This document shows positions 1-10,656 of a stretch of DNA of 64,000 bases, piece after piece. The notes below the pieces were generated by a model that had not been told where the DNA came from, made no database searches, and saw only the letters and a program-made list of their open reading frames with translations. Source of the stretch: Candidatus Latescibacterota bacterium (GTDB lineage Bacteria > Latescibacterota > UBA2968 > GCA-2709665); the NCBI GenBank assembly GCA_965219455.1, contig OZ244744.1, positions 4,352,001-4,416,000 on the forward strand. The letters are read 5' to 3'. The position numbers and the translations under genes were made by a program. The first letter of the stretch is position 1; the number at the start of each line of letters is the position of its first letter.

Positions 1-1
1 G

Positions 2-1225
2 GAGGACTACGTCTGCTACGATATGTGCCTGTCTGCGGATTCGGAGCGGCTGCTTGTGGGCACGCGCCACATGTCGAACGAGTGGCGCCTGCGTGACTAC
101 GAATGCCTGGAGACCTTTACCGGGCACCTGGGGCACGCTGTACCTTCCGTGGCCTATGCCCGGGACAACCGGCACGTATTGACGGGGTCGCGGGACGGGT
201 CGATCCGGCTATGGGACCGTAAAACCGCCACAGTCGTACGGCGGTGGTACCCCCATCAGAGCCATGTAAACCGGATCCGGGTTTCGCCCGATGGAGACTG
301 GGTGCTCTCCCATGGGAGCGATGCGCTGCTGTCGGAGACCAGCCTGGCAACGGGGCGGCCGCGCCTGCAGTGGGAACGTCACATGGCCGGGGTACAGGCC
401 GTTGCGGTTACGCCCGATGGATCCAGGGCAATAACCGGGTCCACGGACAAGACCATCCGGTGGTGGGAGACAGAGAGATGGACGACCGCGCAAACGGTGG
501 CGTGTCCGGGTGGCGAGGTACACGCGCTGGCGGTTTCTCCCGACGGCGCCCGGGTTGCCGCGGGTTGCAAGGATGGCAGCGTCCGGGTTTTCGAGTGCGC
601 GAGCGGAACGTGCGTGCACGCGTTTGACGGGCACCGAGGGTATGTTCGGGCGGTGGCCTTCGCGGGTGCCGGCGCAGTCGTGAGTGCCGCCGACGATGGA
701 TCGGTCCGGGTGTGGGATACCTGCACGGGACGGGCCATACGGACCCTGGAAGGGCATTTGGGCGGCGTCCTGGCGCTGGCTGTCTCGCAGGACGCCCGAG
801 ATGTTGTGAGCGGTGGTCGGGACGGTACTGTGAGGGTCTGGCGTCTGGCGACGGGTGAGTTGAAGGTGACGGCGGCCGCACACCGTGGCTGGGTCCAGGC
901 CGTAAGCTGTGCGCCGGATGGCCGCGTGATCTCCGCGGGCCGGGACGGTTGGGTGGTTGAGTGGGATCTGCGGGAATGGCGGGAGTTGCGTTCATACGCG
1001 CACGGAGACGGCCTGGAAGATGCCCTGTATCTGCCCGACGGGACGTCGGTATGTTCGGCCGGGCAGGATGGCAGGGTGGTTGTATGGACGCGGGAGTGCG
1101 CCAGCCCCGCAGTCGAATTCACCGGGCACGTGGGGGTCGTCCATGCGCTGGCGGCAAGCCCGGACGGGCGCTGGATATTGTCCGGATCCGCCGATACCAC
1201 CTTGCTGGTCTGGGCGTTGCCCTGA
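2..1225 (+). CDS. WD40-repeat protein, 5'-partial; divergent repeats, not a member of the array family
   Basis: Frame is open from the window edge; repeated GH...V..V..SPDG...S.D..VR.W motifs. Confidence 0.9.
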   Translation, partial: EDYVCYDMCLSADSERLLVGTRHMSNEWRLRDYECLETFTGHLGHAVPSVAYARDNRHVLTGSRDGSIRLWDRKTATVVRRWYPHQSHVNRIRVSPDGDWVLSHGSDALLSETSLATGRPRLQWERHMAGVQAVAVTPDGSRAITGSTDKTIRWWETERWTTAQTVACPGGEVHALAVSPDGARVAAGCKDGSVRVFECASGTCVHAFDGHRGYVRAVAFAGAGAVVSAADDGSVRVWDTCTGRAIRTLEGHLGGVLALAVSQDARDVVSGGRDGTVRVWRLATGELKVTAAAHRGWVQAVSCAPDGRVISAGRDGWVVEWDLREWRELRSYAHGDGLEDALYLPDGTSVCSAGQDGRVVVWTRECASPAVEFTGHVGVVHALAASPDGRWILSGSADTTLLVWALP

Positions 1226-1297
1226 TTTTCGCACCATGTAAGTACACGCTGTCTTCCTGCAACGGGGTTTTCGGACATGGGGAACAGGAATACGCGA

Positions 1298-2998
1298 ATG
1301 TCTTACCCGACCGTGAAGGACAAGGATCTCCAGGCGGTGATGCGGGATGGCACTGTGTTGCGCGCTGATGCGTATCGGCCCGACATGCCGGGACGGTTTC
1401 CGGTGTTGCTCTGCCGGACGCCCTACGACAAGGGGGGAGAGAAGCAGCTTGAGATTGGTCCGAACTTGGCCGAACGCGGTTATGTCGTGGTGATACAGGA
1501 CGTACGCGGGCGGTATGCGTCGGATGGCGATTTTCAGCCGGGGTTCTACAGTTCCGATCACCGGGATTCTGAAGATGGGTTCGATACGGTGGGCTGGGCC
1601 GCTGGCCTGCCCTGGTCCAACGGGAGGGTGGGCACGTTCGGCAATTCGTACGATGGGTGGCTGCAGTGGGAACTTGCACACACGCGCCCACCCAATCTGG
1701 TGGCGATGCTGGCGGGGGGAATTGCGGCAAATCTGCTGGACAGGGAATTGTGCGGGGTGCTGCGCCTTGGCAGGGTAATCGATTGGACGATAAACAATCT
1801 TTCGGTGGATACCGCGCGCCGGACCGGCCATTCGTGGAAAGAGAAAACCAAGGAGGACGCATCCCGGCTTTGGCAGGACCGGGACCGAAGCAAGTGGCTC
1901 TGGTATCTGCCGCTGATGGACATTCCCGAGGATGCCATGCCGGGAATGGGCAGGCACTGGCGGCGATGGCTCGCGGACCATGCCACGGACCACTTCGGCT
2001 TCCAGCAAAAACATGTAAAGGTGGACGTTCCCGTGCTGGGTACGGCGGGGTGGTACGATCAGCAGATCGGCATATTCAAGCATTTTACGGGCATGCGGGA
2101 AAACGGCGGGAGTATACGCGCCCGGGAGAACCAGTACATAATCATCGGGCCGTGGACCCACACGCTCCTGGACCTGCACCGCCAGGTGGGTGAGGTGGAT
2201 TTCGGCCCGGAAGCCACGCGGGACTTTTATGAAATCGCGGATGCGTGGTTTTCGCGCTGGCTTAAAGGAGAGCGGAACGGGGCGCAGGACTGGGCCCCCT
2301 TGCAACTCTTCGTAATGGGCGCCAATACCTGGCGGGGAGAGCGGGAGTGGCCGCTGAAACGAACGGTTTATACGTCGTTCTACCTGCACAGTTCGGGCCA
2401 CGCGGACCTGCCGTCGGGTGCGGGGTGGCTGTCTCCGGAGGCGCCGCAAGAGGAAAAGCCGGATTCTTACGGTTACGATCCGAGAGATCCGGTGATGACC
2501 CTGTACACCCCGGGCGGGCAGCACGCGCCCATGGACCAGAGGGCCCTGGACGGGCGGCGCGACGTGATGGTGTATATGACGCCGCCGCTGAGCGCTCCGG
2601 TGGAAGTAACCGGACCGGTCGAAGTGCGCCTCTTTGCATCTTCATCGGCTCGGGATACGGATTTTGTCGCCAGGTTGATGGATGTCCGGCCGGACGGATT
2701 CGTCCAGGAGTTGTGTCATGGAATTGTACGTGCGCGGTATCGTGAGTCCTTTGAAAACCCGTCGTTGATTGAACCGGACCGGGTTTACGAATACACGATT
2801 CAGGTGAATCCGACCAGCAATCTGTTCAGGGAGGGACACCGGATTCGGTTGGATATTTCCAGCAGCGATTTTCCGAATTTTGATCGGAACCACAATACGG
2901 GTGGTGACGATTACCGCGACACGGTTCTCCGGACGGCGCATCAGAGGATTTTCCACGACGCTTGCCGTCCATCCCGGATTCTGCCGGTGATTCCCTGA
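1298..2998 (+). CDS. CocE/NonD family hydrolase (Xaa-Pro dipeptidyl-peptidase/cocaine esterase-like)
   Basis: MRDGTVLRAD, RTPYDK, QDVRGRYASDG, GNSYDG nucleophile, GPWTH, SSDFPNFDRN motifs. Confidence 0.92.
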   Translation: MSYPTVKDKDLQAVMRDGTVLRADAYRPDMPGRFPVLLCRTPYDKGGEKQLEIGPNLAERGYVVVIQDVRGRYASDGDFQPGFYSSDHRDSEDGFDTVGWAAGLPWSNGRVGTFGNSYDGWLQWELAHTRPPNLVAMLAGGIAANLLDRELCGVLRLGRVIDWTINNLSVDTARRTGHSWKEKTKEDASRLWQDRDRSKWLWYLPLMDIPEDAMPGMGRHWRRWLADHATDHFGFQQKHVKVDVPVLGTAGWYDQQIGIFKHFTGMRENGGSIRARENQYIIIGPWTHTLLDLHRQVGEVDFGPEATRDFYEIADAWFSRWLKGERNGAQDWAPLQLFVMGANTWRGEREWPLKRTVYTSFYLHSSGHADLPSGAGWLSPEAPQEEKPDSYGYDPRDPVMTLYTPGGQHAPMDQRALDGRRDVMVYMTPPLSAPVEVTGPVEVRLFASSSARDTDFVARLMDVRPDGFVQELCHGIVRARYRESFENPSLIEPDRVYEYTIQVNPTSNLFREGHRIRLDISSSDFPNFDRNHNTGGDDYRDTVLRTAHQRIFHDACRPSRILPVIP

Positions 2999-3025
2999 AA
3001 GCGCAGTGAAACGAAGGAGGTTGTC

Positions 3026-3376
3026 GTGAGCGAAGTCGTGATCTACCATAATCCGGCGTGCAGCAAAAGCAGGCAGACGTTGAAGCTCTTGAAGGATCGC
3101 GGTATAGAGCCGAGAATTGTCGAGTACTTGAAAACACCCCCGGATGAGGAGACGCTCTCCGGCATTCTGGAAATGTTGGGTGTCCGGCCTGCGGATCTGG
3201 TCCGAACCAGGGAAGATGAATACAGCCGGCTTCGCCTCGAAGATAAGGCGAACGATCCAGCGGCGCTGATCCGGGCGATGACGAAGTATCCCATCCTGAT
3301 CGAGAGGCCGATCGTCATCAGAGGCAACCAGGCCAGGCTGGGTCGACCGCCGGAAGACGTGCTGGAGATTCTTTGA
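3026..3376 (+). CDS. arsC: arsenate reductase (glutaredoxin-type ArsC family)
   Basis: IYHNPACSKSR and LIERPIV...ARLGRPPE motifs; GTG start after AAGGAGG. Confidence 0.88.
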   Translation: MSEVVIYHNPACSKSRQTLKLLKDRGIEPRIVEYLKTPPDEETLSGILEMLGVRPADLVRTREDEYSRLRLEDKANDPAALIRAMTKYPILIERPIVIRGNQARLGRPPEDVLEIL

Positions 3377-3416
3377 CGGGCGCTGACGGAGCCCGCGGCG
3401 ACGGGTTACGGAATTC

Positions 3417-3447
3417 AACCCCGTTGGCCTCTTGCCGGCGGGGTTTT
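3417..3447 (+). terminator. intrinsic terminator after arsC
   Basis: AACCCCGTTGGC-CTCTT-GCCGGCGGGGTT stem followed by T tract. Confidence 0.65.
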
Positions 3448-3561
3448 GAATGGTCGCTCCGGGATACTCATTGCATCTGATGTTCGGGAAAACTATATTT
3501 CCTGCCGAAAGGCAACGTCGCGTGAATCGTGGAATTGACCGGGTCAAGGAAAGGTGCTCGA

Positions 3562-4614
3562 ATGGCGGTCGTGAAACCTGTGGTTACAGCCGAAGCGCTG
3601 AAGAAGCGCCTGGCGCGTTTTTCGCGTCTGTCACTGGCGGATCTGCCCACACCGCTCCTGGAATGTCCCAGGCTCTCGGAGAAGCTGGGGGGACCCCGTA
3701 TCTGGGTCAAGCGGGAGGACCAAACCGGCATGGCCTTTGGCGGCAATAAGGTACGGGAGTTCGAGTATTCGGTTGCGCCCGCGATCCGGGAGGGCTACGA
3801 CGTTCTGTTGCACGGGGCGGCTTCCCAGTCGAATCAGTCTCGCCTGACCGCGGCGATGGCGGCTCGGTTCGGGCTCAAAGCCGTCATGGTTGGACGAAAG
3901 GACGCGCATTCCAAACCTGTAAACGGAAACCTGCTGCTGGATCATCTATTCGGCGCGGAGGTCCACCTCGTGGACCGTCCCGAAGAGAAAGAGCGGGTCA
4001 TCGAGCGTCTGGAGTCGGAGGGGCACAGAGTCTACAATACGAGCACGGACGGATATTACCTCCGAAGCATATCCTACGTCGACGGCTTTCTGGAATTGTG
4101 GGAACAGCTGCAGGAACGGGAGATTCAACCGGACGCCCTCTACGTCTGTTCGGGCGTGCATACGCATGTCGGACTGGTCGTCGGCGCTCGGGCGTTGGGG
4201 GTCCCGCTCCGTGTCGTGGGGATCAGTCCAAGCCCCCAGGATGACGAAAAAGACGCGGCCGGTCTCGCCCGGGTGGCCAACACGGTGGCGCAGATGCTTG
4301 CCCTGGATCTGTCTTTTACCCGGGACGATTTCGAAAGCTACGGGGCCTTCGCGGGGGAGGCATATGGGACGTTGACGGATGCGAGCCGGGAAGCGGTTGT
4401 GCTGGCCGCACGAACGGAGGCGCTGATTTTGGATCCGGTATACACCGGCAAGGCGTTCGGGGCGATGGTCCGGCATATACGTGAGGGTCAGTGGAGACCG
4501 GGACAGACGGTGGTGTTTGTGCACACCGGGGGCACGCCGGCATTGTTCGCGTATGCGGATGAGATGCTGGATCCGGAGGCGGCGAATCCGGATCGTAAGG
4601 AAACAGTCGAGTGA
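3562..4614 (+). CDS. D-cysteine desulfhydrase / ACC deaminase family PLP enzyme
   Basis: LPTPL, KRED..G.AFGGNKVR, QSN, LDPVYTGKA, FVHTGG motifs. Confidence 0.88.
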   Translation: MAVVKPVVTAEALKKRLARFSRLSLADLPTPLLECPRLSEKLGGPRIWVKREDQTGMAFGGNKVREFEYSVAPAIREGYDVLLHGAASQSNQSRLTAAMAARFGLKAVMVGRKDAHSKPVNGNLLLDHLFGAEVHLVDRPEEKERVIERLESEGHRVYNTSTDGYYLRSISYVDGFLELWEQLQEREIQPDALYVCSGVHTHVGLVVGARALGVPLRVVGISPSPQDDEKDAAGLARVANTVAQMLALDLSFTRDDFESYGAFAGEAYGTLTDASREAVVLAARTEALILDPVYTGKAFGAMVRHIREGQWRPGQTVVFVHTGGTPALFAYADEMLDPEAANPDRKETVE

Positions 4615-6080
4615 CAACCGGGAATCGCCAGGAAACGAAAGCAGGTCACAAGATGTCGGAGAATATTCCGAATGTTCTGGCCGGGCGGTATGCGAGTTCG
4701 GAAATCAAGGCGATCTGGTCCGAAGAAGGCCGCATTGTACTGGAGAGGCGGTTCTGGATCTCGGTGATGAGGGCCCAGCGAAAACTGGGGCTGGATGTGC
4801 CGGAGGAGGCGATTCGCGCCTATGAAGGGGTCGTGGATCAGGTGGACCTGGCCTCGATACAACGCCGGGAAGCCCTGACCCGGCACGACGTTAAGGCACG
4901 CATCGAGGAATTCTGTGAACTGGCCGGGTACGAACATATACATAAAGGCATGACCAGCCGGGATCTGACGGACAACGTGGAGCAGTACCAGGTGCTGCGC
5001 TCGTTGCGGTACCTGGCTTCGAAGTACGTGGCGCTGCTGTTGCGCCTGAGCCAGAGGGTGCGTGAATGGAAGGCGATGCCCATCGTGGGCCGCACCCACC
5101 ATGCGGCGGCACAGCCGACAACGGTTGGAAAGCGATTCGCCATGTTCGGCGAGGAAATGTTGCACGCGTTCCGGCGATTTGAGCATCTTGTGGAAAATTA
5201 CCCGCTTCGGGGGCTGAAGGGTGCAGTGGGGACGGCGCTGGACCAGTTGACACTTGTGCATGGCGACCATGACAAGCTGGAAGCGCTCCAGGACGAGGTC
5301 CGGGTGTACCTGGGGTTTGGCCGCGAGTTGAATGCGGTGGGACAGATTTATCCGCGGAGTCTGGATTTCGAAGTCATCAGTTGTCTCTACCAGTTGGGCG
5401 GGGGTATTGCCAATTTGTCGCGCACGTTGCGATTGATGGCGGGCGCCGAGAGCGCAACCGAGGGGTTTGCGAAGGGCCAGGTTGGGTCGTCCGCCATGCC
5501 GCACAAGATGAATACGCGCAGCGCCGAGCGGATCAACGGATTTCAGGTGCTTCTGGGCGGATACGTTCATATGGCCGGCGGGCTCGTCGGCGACCAGTGG
5601 TTCGAGGGCGACGTGTCCTGCTCGGTTGTTCGCCGGGTGGCGTTGCCCGACGCGATTTTCGCGTTTGACGGTATGCTGGAGACCGCGCTGCACGTGCTCG
5701 ACGAAATGGGCGTGTACGCGGCGGTCGTACGGAATGAACTGACTAGGTATATGCCGTTCCTGGCCACAACCACGTTGTTGATGGCTTCCGTCCAGCGGGG
5801 CGCCGGACGCGAACAGGTCCACGACGCGCTGAAGGAGCACGCGGTGGCCGTGGCGCTGGAAATGCGCGAAGAGGGACGGGAGAAAAACGACCTGGCGCAG
5901 CGGCTCGGAGATGACCGCCGGATCCCGCTTTCGAACGAAGAGATTGAGGGCATTCTGGGTGAGAGCGGGCGCTTCGTGGGGCAGGCCGAGGCGCAGGCCG
6001 ATGGATTCGTGAGTGCGGTGGAGGCATTGGCCGCGCGGTACCCCGAAGCCGGGCGAGTGCGGAAGGGGCGGCTTCTGTGA
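4611..6080 (+). CDS. purB: adenylosuccinate lyase (alternative start 4653)
   Basis: RYAS, TRHDVKA, HKGMTSRD and GSSAMPHKMN fumarase-superfamily signature. Confidence 0.93.
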   Translation: MTTGNRQETKAGHKMSENIPNVLAGRYASSEIKAIWSEEGRIVLERRFWISVMRAQRKLGLDVPEEAIRAYEGVVDQVDLASIQRREALTRHDVKARIEEFCELAGYEHIHKGMTSRDLTDNVEQYQVLRSLRYLASKYVALLLRLSQRVREWKAMPIVGRTHHAAAQPTTVGKRFAMFGEEMLHAFRRFEHLVENYPLRGLKGAVGTALDQLTLVHGDHDKLEALQDEVRVYLGFGRELNAVGQIYPRSLDFEVISCLYQLGGGIANLSRTLRLMAGAESATEGFAKGQVGSSAMPHKMNTRSAERINGFQVLLGGYVHMAGGLVGDQWFEGDVSCSVVRRVALPDAIFAFDGMLETALHVLDEMGVYAAVVRNELTRYMPFLATTTLLMASVQRGAGREQVHDALKEHAVAVALEMREEGREKNDLAQRLGDDRRIPLSNEEIEGILGESGRFVGQAEAQADGFVSAVEALAARYPEAGRVRKGRLL

Positions 6081-6092
6081 CCGGCGGTCCTC

Positions 6093-6716
6093 TTACGTGT
6101 CACGTCTCGCGTCTAACCGCTCCTTGAGCATATAGAGCGCGATAATCGTCTTCGAGTCCACGATGCGCCCGTCTGCGACCATGCGAAGGGCCTCTGCGAA
6201 GGGGACGGTGTGAGGGCGGATGTCTTCTGTTTCGGAGTCCAGCCCTGCGTGCCTTCGGATCCCTTCCAATTTACTCACGCGGGCAAGATAGAGTTCGATG
6301 CGTTCCGAGGAGCCGCCCGGGCTGGCGTAAATGGTGGTGAGATGCTCCAGGGCGTCGCTGAGCGCGTATCCTGTTTCTTCGAGCAGTTCGCGTCTGGCGA
6401 CAGCGGGTCCCCGGGCATCCTTAACGCCAGCGACGGTTTCCAGGATCCAGCCGTTGCCCTCCCGTTCGGATTCCGGGTAGCTCGCATAGACGGGAAAACG
6501 GAACTGTTCGACCAGTACGACTTCGTCGGTTTCCTCCGCGTAAAGGAGCACGGAAACGCTGTCTCCCCGGTTGAAATTCACCCGTTTGACCGCGGGGATC
6601 ATCCGGCCGTCAAAGCGCTCGTGTGAGAGCACGGCTTCTTCGATGCTGAAGAGCAAACGCCCGTTGGGCGAATGAAATTCGTACGGCGTGGACCGGCTGC
6701 TGATTTCGACTCTCAT
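6093..6716 (-). CDS. NUDIX hydrolase (ADP-ribose/GDP-mannose pyrophosphatase-like)
   Basis: QFRFP, ETVAG...ARRELLEETG Nudix box, SPGGSSE, IVDSKTII. Confidence 0.88.
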   Translation of the reverse strand: MRVEISSRSTPYEFHSPNGRLLFSIEEAVLSHERFDGRMIPAVKRVNFNRGDSVSVLLYAEETDEVVLVEQFRFPVYASYPESEREGNGWILETVAGVKDARGPAVARRELLEETGYALSDALEHLTTIYASPGGSSERIELYLARVSKLEGIRRHAGLDSETEDIRPHTVPFAEALRMVADGRIVDSKTIIALYMLKERLDARRDT

Positions 6717-6820
6717 GACGACACTCCGTTTGCAAGGTCAATTGATACTCCGGGGTTTCGGAATTTACGTCGGCTTTTTCCTATGTGCAATGTTGAATTC
6801 TACCATCTGAAAGGCGCGTG

Positions 6821-8059
6821 ATGTCCGGCCGTCTCGCATTGTTGGGCGGAGAGCCCGTCGTGGCTCAGGGGATTGCGGATCCCTGGCCGCAGTTCGACCA
6901 GACCGAAGAGGCCATGTTGTTGGAGGTGTTGCGGAGCCGGAGCTGGAACTACGGCCCCAGGTGCCTTGAACTGGAGGAAAAGTTCGCCCGTTTTCAGGAT
7001 GCGGCGTATGGGCTGGTGTGCAGTGGGGGCACCAATGCTCTGGAAGCCGCGTGCCGGGGCGCGGAGATCGGCGTAGGGAACGAGGTGATAACCAGTCCAT
7101 ATACGTTCCACGGCACGTGCATGGGTATTCTGGCCGCTGGTGCGACGGCGACGTTCGCGGACATCGCTCCGAATTCGGACAATATCGACCCCGATGCGAT
7201 TGAAGCGGCGGTTACGCCCCGAACGAAGGCAATTATGGTGGTTCATTTCGGTGGCTTGGCCTGCGATATGAAACGGATTCAGACAATCGCGGTCCGGCAC
7301 AATCTTGTCGTACTGGAAGACGCCTGCCATGGCTGGGGGGCGTCGTATATGGACCGTGGACTGGGAAGTTGGGGTCTGGCGTCGGGCTTCAGTTTTCAGC
7401 GAAGCAAGAACATCACGTGCGGGGAGGGCGGAATCGCGCTGACAAACGACGAAGAGGTAGCCGACCGTATGGGTTGCGTGATCAATTCGGGACGGTCCCG
7501 GTTCAACCGGACGCCCGAGGGACTGCGCTGGGGCGGCAACCATCGAATGACGGATTTCGCGGCGGCGATACTGCTGTGCCAGTTGGAGCGGGTCAGGAAA
7601 CAGACGGATATCCGGGAACAGAATGCCGCAATGCTGACTCGAACGCTGTCGCGGATCGATGGCATTGAGCCGGTCGAAAGACTGCCGGAAGCAACCGGGG
7701 CGAGTTGGCACATTTACAGCGCCCGGTACGCGGCGGACGAGTTCGAGGGAGTACCGCGCGAGCGGTTTCTGCAGGCGCTTCGGGCGGAAGGGGTGCCAGC
7801 GAGCGGAGGCTACACCGAGCCGGTCTATCGGAATCCCGTATTTCAGAACGACTGGAAGGCCGGTTCGTACAGGCCCTTCGCCTGGAACACGATGGACGAT
7901 GCGCCTGATTATGGGAGTCTTCATCTGCCTAACGTGGAGAAGGCCTGTAAAGACCGGATCTGGCTGTCTCAGACGGTTCTGCTTACCTCCGAAGCAAAGA
8001 TGAAGGATCTCTGCCTGGCATTTGAGAAGGTGAGAGCGCATGCGAAAGACTTACGGTAA
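6821..8059 (+). CDS. DegT/DnrJ/EryC1/StrS family PLP aminotransferase
   Basis: EDACH, FSFQRSKNITCGEGG, N.RMTD motifs. Confidence 0.9.
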   Translation: MSGRLALLGGEPVVAQGIADPWPQFDQTEEAMLLEVLRSRSWNYGPRCLELEEKFARFQDAAYGLVCSGGTNALEAACRGAEIGVGNEVITSPYTFHGTCMGILAAGATATFADIAPNSDNIDPDAIEAAVTPRTKAIMVVHFGGLACDMKRIQTIAVRHNLVVLEDACHGWGASYMDRGLGSWGLASGFSFQRSKNITCGEGGIALTNDEEVADRMGCVINSGRSRFNRTPEGLRWGGNHRMTDFAAAILLCQLERVRKQTDIREQNAAMLTRTLSRIDGIEPVERLPEATGASWHIYSARYAADEFEGVPRERFLQALRAEGVPASGGYTEPVYRNPVFQNDWKAGSYRPFAWNTMDDAPDYGSLHLPNVEKACKDRIWLSQTVLLTSEAKMKDLCLAFEKVRAHAKDLR

Positions 8060-8061
8060 GC

Positions 8062-8144
8062 CGTGAGACGAAAGACGTTAGAGGAAAGAGGGGGCGAGAA
8101 GTCACGGGGGCGTTGTGTGGTTCGCTGGCGTTTCACGTCTCACG
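8062..8144. repeat. imperfect inverted repeat built of heptamer-like units
   Basis: CGTGAGACGAAAGACG ... CGTTTCACGTCTCACG immediately after the aminotransferase stop. Confidence 0.4.
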
Positions 8145-8252
8145 TCTGGCGGCTGTAAGTCAGGCGGGAGAAACCGGTGGCGACCGGAGAATTACGTACC
8201 ATCCCCTGGATTTCGATTTTCTCATTCGACACTTGACATAACCGGAGGGTGT

Positions 8253-8981
8253 ATGTTCGAGAATGCCGTTGGTCTGAAGAAACGAATGCGTGACGGAGAG
8301 CAGATTTTCGGCACGACGCTGCCCGCGGATGCGTCACGGGAGCGACTCCTGCAGGTAGTGGAGAGCGGTCCGTACGATTTCGTATCCGTGGACAGCCAGC
8401 ATTCGGCGTTGAATGAAGAGCGGTTGGAGGAATTCTGCGGCATCGCGGAGGAATTGGACGTGTTTGTCCAGTTTCGCATAAAACATACCAGGAACGCGTA
8501 CCTGATCGGGAATTACCTGGATCTGGGGCCGTGCGGCGTGGAGGTGCCCCAGACGGAGACGGATGAGACGGCGGTCGAGGCGATCAACGCGTTTTACTAT
8601 CCACCTGCGGGTGTTCGCAGTTTCGGTGGCCGCGCCCGGCGCGGGGCGGCGGAATTCTCCGATCCCTTCGATTACGCGGACTGGTGGAAGGCATACGGGG
8701 TGTTGTGGCTGCAGATCGAGTCCGTAGAGGCCGTGACCCGGGCGCATCTTCTGGCCAGGCCCGGGGTGGACTGCCTGTCTTTCGGACCCACCGACCTGAC
8801 GGTCAGCCTGAGTGCACACCCCAATCACGCCTTGAAGGCAGTCGATGACGCCGTCGCATACGTGGCAAAGTCCCTCCAGGGTTCCGGTGTGGCCGTCTGC
8901 CACCGGATCGGCGCGGCGGAACAGCGGTCGAAATTCGCGGATATGGGCGTGACGGTCTTTCTGGAACCGCCGGCGGTTTGA
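8253..8981 (+). CDS. HpcH/HpaI aldolase/citrate lyase family protein
   Basis: VDSQHS, LDLG..GVEVP, YPPAGVRSFG, QIES.EAV, FGPTDL motifs; GGAGG RBS. Confidence 0.85.
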   Translation: MFENAVGLKKRMRDGEQIFGTTLPADASRERLLQVVESGPYDFVSVDSQHSALNEERLEEFCGIAEELDVFVQFRIKHTRNAYLIGNYLDLGPCGVEVPQTETDETAVEAINAFYYPPAGVRSFGGRARRGAAEFSDPFDYADWWKAYGVLWLQIESVEAVTRAHLLARPGVDCLSFGPTDLTVSLSAHPNHALKAVDDAVAYVAKSLQGSGVAVCHRIGAAEQRSKFADMGVTVFLEPPAV

Positions 8982-9048
8982 GAGGGGAATCGCGGCGTAG
9001 GTCGGGACGCGGTGGTGCGTGCCCTTGCATTTCAACGGGAGAGCAAAG

Positions 9049-10257
9049 ATGGCGGGGTCGCCGGGACGGCAGTCCGAGGTCAATGTTGCGGATTTCTACG
9101 ATTCGGCATCCCCCACGTGCGGGATTGCCGAGGCGATCGCTTCACTGTCGCCAGCGGGAGGACGGGTCCGCGCGCCGGCGGGCACGTACCTGCTGAGGCA
9201 ATCCGTCTACCTGCCCCGAGGCGTGAGCCTGGCAGGCGATGGGCCGGCAACCGTTCTAGCGATACGGCCGCCGGAATCCGTTGCCCTGGAGACAGACGCG
9301 CGCGAGGGCGAAAACGAGTTTAAATGCCGCACACGTCCGCCTTTCCGGGTCGGCGACGCCGTTGGAATTTGCGACGACCGGCAGTCCGGTTGGCACGGTA
9401 CGCACGGAATCGTGCAGGAGCGAAATGGGTCCCGCGTGCGGCTGAACGTGGCGCTGGAACGCGAGCTGAAAGTGGCTGAAAACGCTCGGGCCGTGCGGCT
9501 GTTTCCGGCGATCTACGCGCTGGATGAGGTCGATATCGAGATTCAGGACCTCACCATACGGGGTCACGGACAATACCAGGGGCCCTGGTGGGACTTCACC
9601 TATGCAGCCGTCCACCTGGTCGGCTGCCGGCGTGTGCGGGTGGTAAATTGCACGGTATCGGATTGGGCGAGCGACGGATTCGGCATTCAACGGGGCAGCG
9701 ACGTCCAGGTTATGCAATGCCAGGCGCATGGCTGCCGCGGTCACGGGTTTCATCCCGGGACGGCGTTGCGCGCAAGCGTCTGGTCGCACAATATCGCCGA
9801 AGGCAACGGCGGCGACGGCTTTTTCTTCTGCGCCCGCGTGCACCATACGGTGTGCAGCGACAGCGTGTTTTCACGTAATGGCCAACACGGCATCGGCGGC
9901 GTGGCGAATGGAGGCGACCATCACAACATCATCAGCGACAATGTCTGTGCGTACAACGGGCGCTGCGGGATCGACGCCAACCGGGGCGAGGAGCAGGTGC
10001 TATCGGGAAACCTGCTGTTGAGCAATTCGCAGGAGGCGCCCGGTCGCTGGCCCGGGATTCGGTTGCACGACCTCGAGCGGGCGATTGTACAGGGCAACCG
10101 TTGCGCCGACGACCAGGAGACTCCCACGCAGACGGGCGGTATCGTGGAGAGCGGATCCAGCGATTACAACTTGATGGGCGGCAATATGTGTGTGGGGATG
10201 CGGGAGCCCGTTGTGGTGACTGGCCCCAACAGCCGTGTGGAGGGTAATCTGGTCTGA
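9049..10257 (+). CDS. right-handed parallel beta-helix (pectin lyase-like) protein
   Basis: PAGTYLL...LAGDGPATVL start followed by N/G-rich beta-helix turns. Confidence 0.75.
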   Translation: MAGSPGRQSEVNVADFYDSASPTCGIAEAIASLSPAGGRVRAPAGTYLLRQSVYLPRGVSLAGDGPATVLAIRPPESVALETDAREGENEFKCRTRPPFRVGDAVGICDDRQSGWHGTHGIVQERNGSRVRLNVALERELKVAENARAVRLFPAIYALDEVDIEIQDLTIRGHGQYQGPWWDFTYAAVHLVGCRRVRVVNCTVSDWASDGFGIQRGSDVQVMQCQAHGCRGHGFHPGTALRASVWSHNIAEGNGGDGFFFCARVHHTVCSDSVFSRNGQHGIGGVANGGDHHNIISDNVCAYNGRCGIDANRGEEQVLSGNLLLSNSQEAPGRWPGIRLHDLERAIVQGNRCADDQETPTQTGGIVESGSSDYNLMGGNMCVGMREPVVVTGPNSRVEGNLV

Positions 10258-10419
10258 TATATCCCATGTTGGATGGCCCGTTTGCGGGACGGGGACCATC
10301 CGGTTTGGCCATACGTAAGGGCGTGAGGGCTCGCCGATCCGGTTTTGTGGGTCGGCGAGTTCTGGTGTTCTGTCCCGAAAATAGATTGCCGAATGGCGAC
10401 ATATTTCCGGGGCGGGACA

Positions 10420-10584
10420 CTAAATTGCGGAGAGGAGCGCGCCGATGAGCAATTTGGAAAGAGCTTCACCGAGCAGGACGGCAGCTGCGAACAGGCCGAT
10501 AGCCCTGCCGCCGGCGATGTAGTGAAACGGGTTGAAGAACCACGTCTTCACATCGTTCGAGGGTGTGCTTTCCGACATTTCCAT
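10420..10584 (-). pseudogene. short hydrophobic ORF, probably an internally deleted membrane protein
   Basis: GGGAGG RBS; WFFNPFHYIAGG followed by only about 30 hydrophobic residues; directly downstream of the DUF2089 gene. Confidence 0.4.
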
Positions 10585-10656
10585 TGTGACCTCCCTGAAG
10601 GCATTCAATCGGATCCCGGCCCGCAGGTGATTGCGAATCGCACTGAACTCTACCGC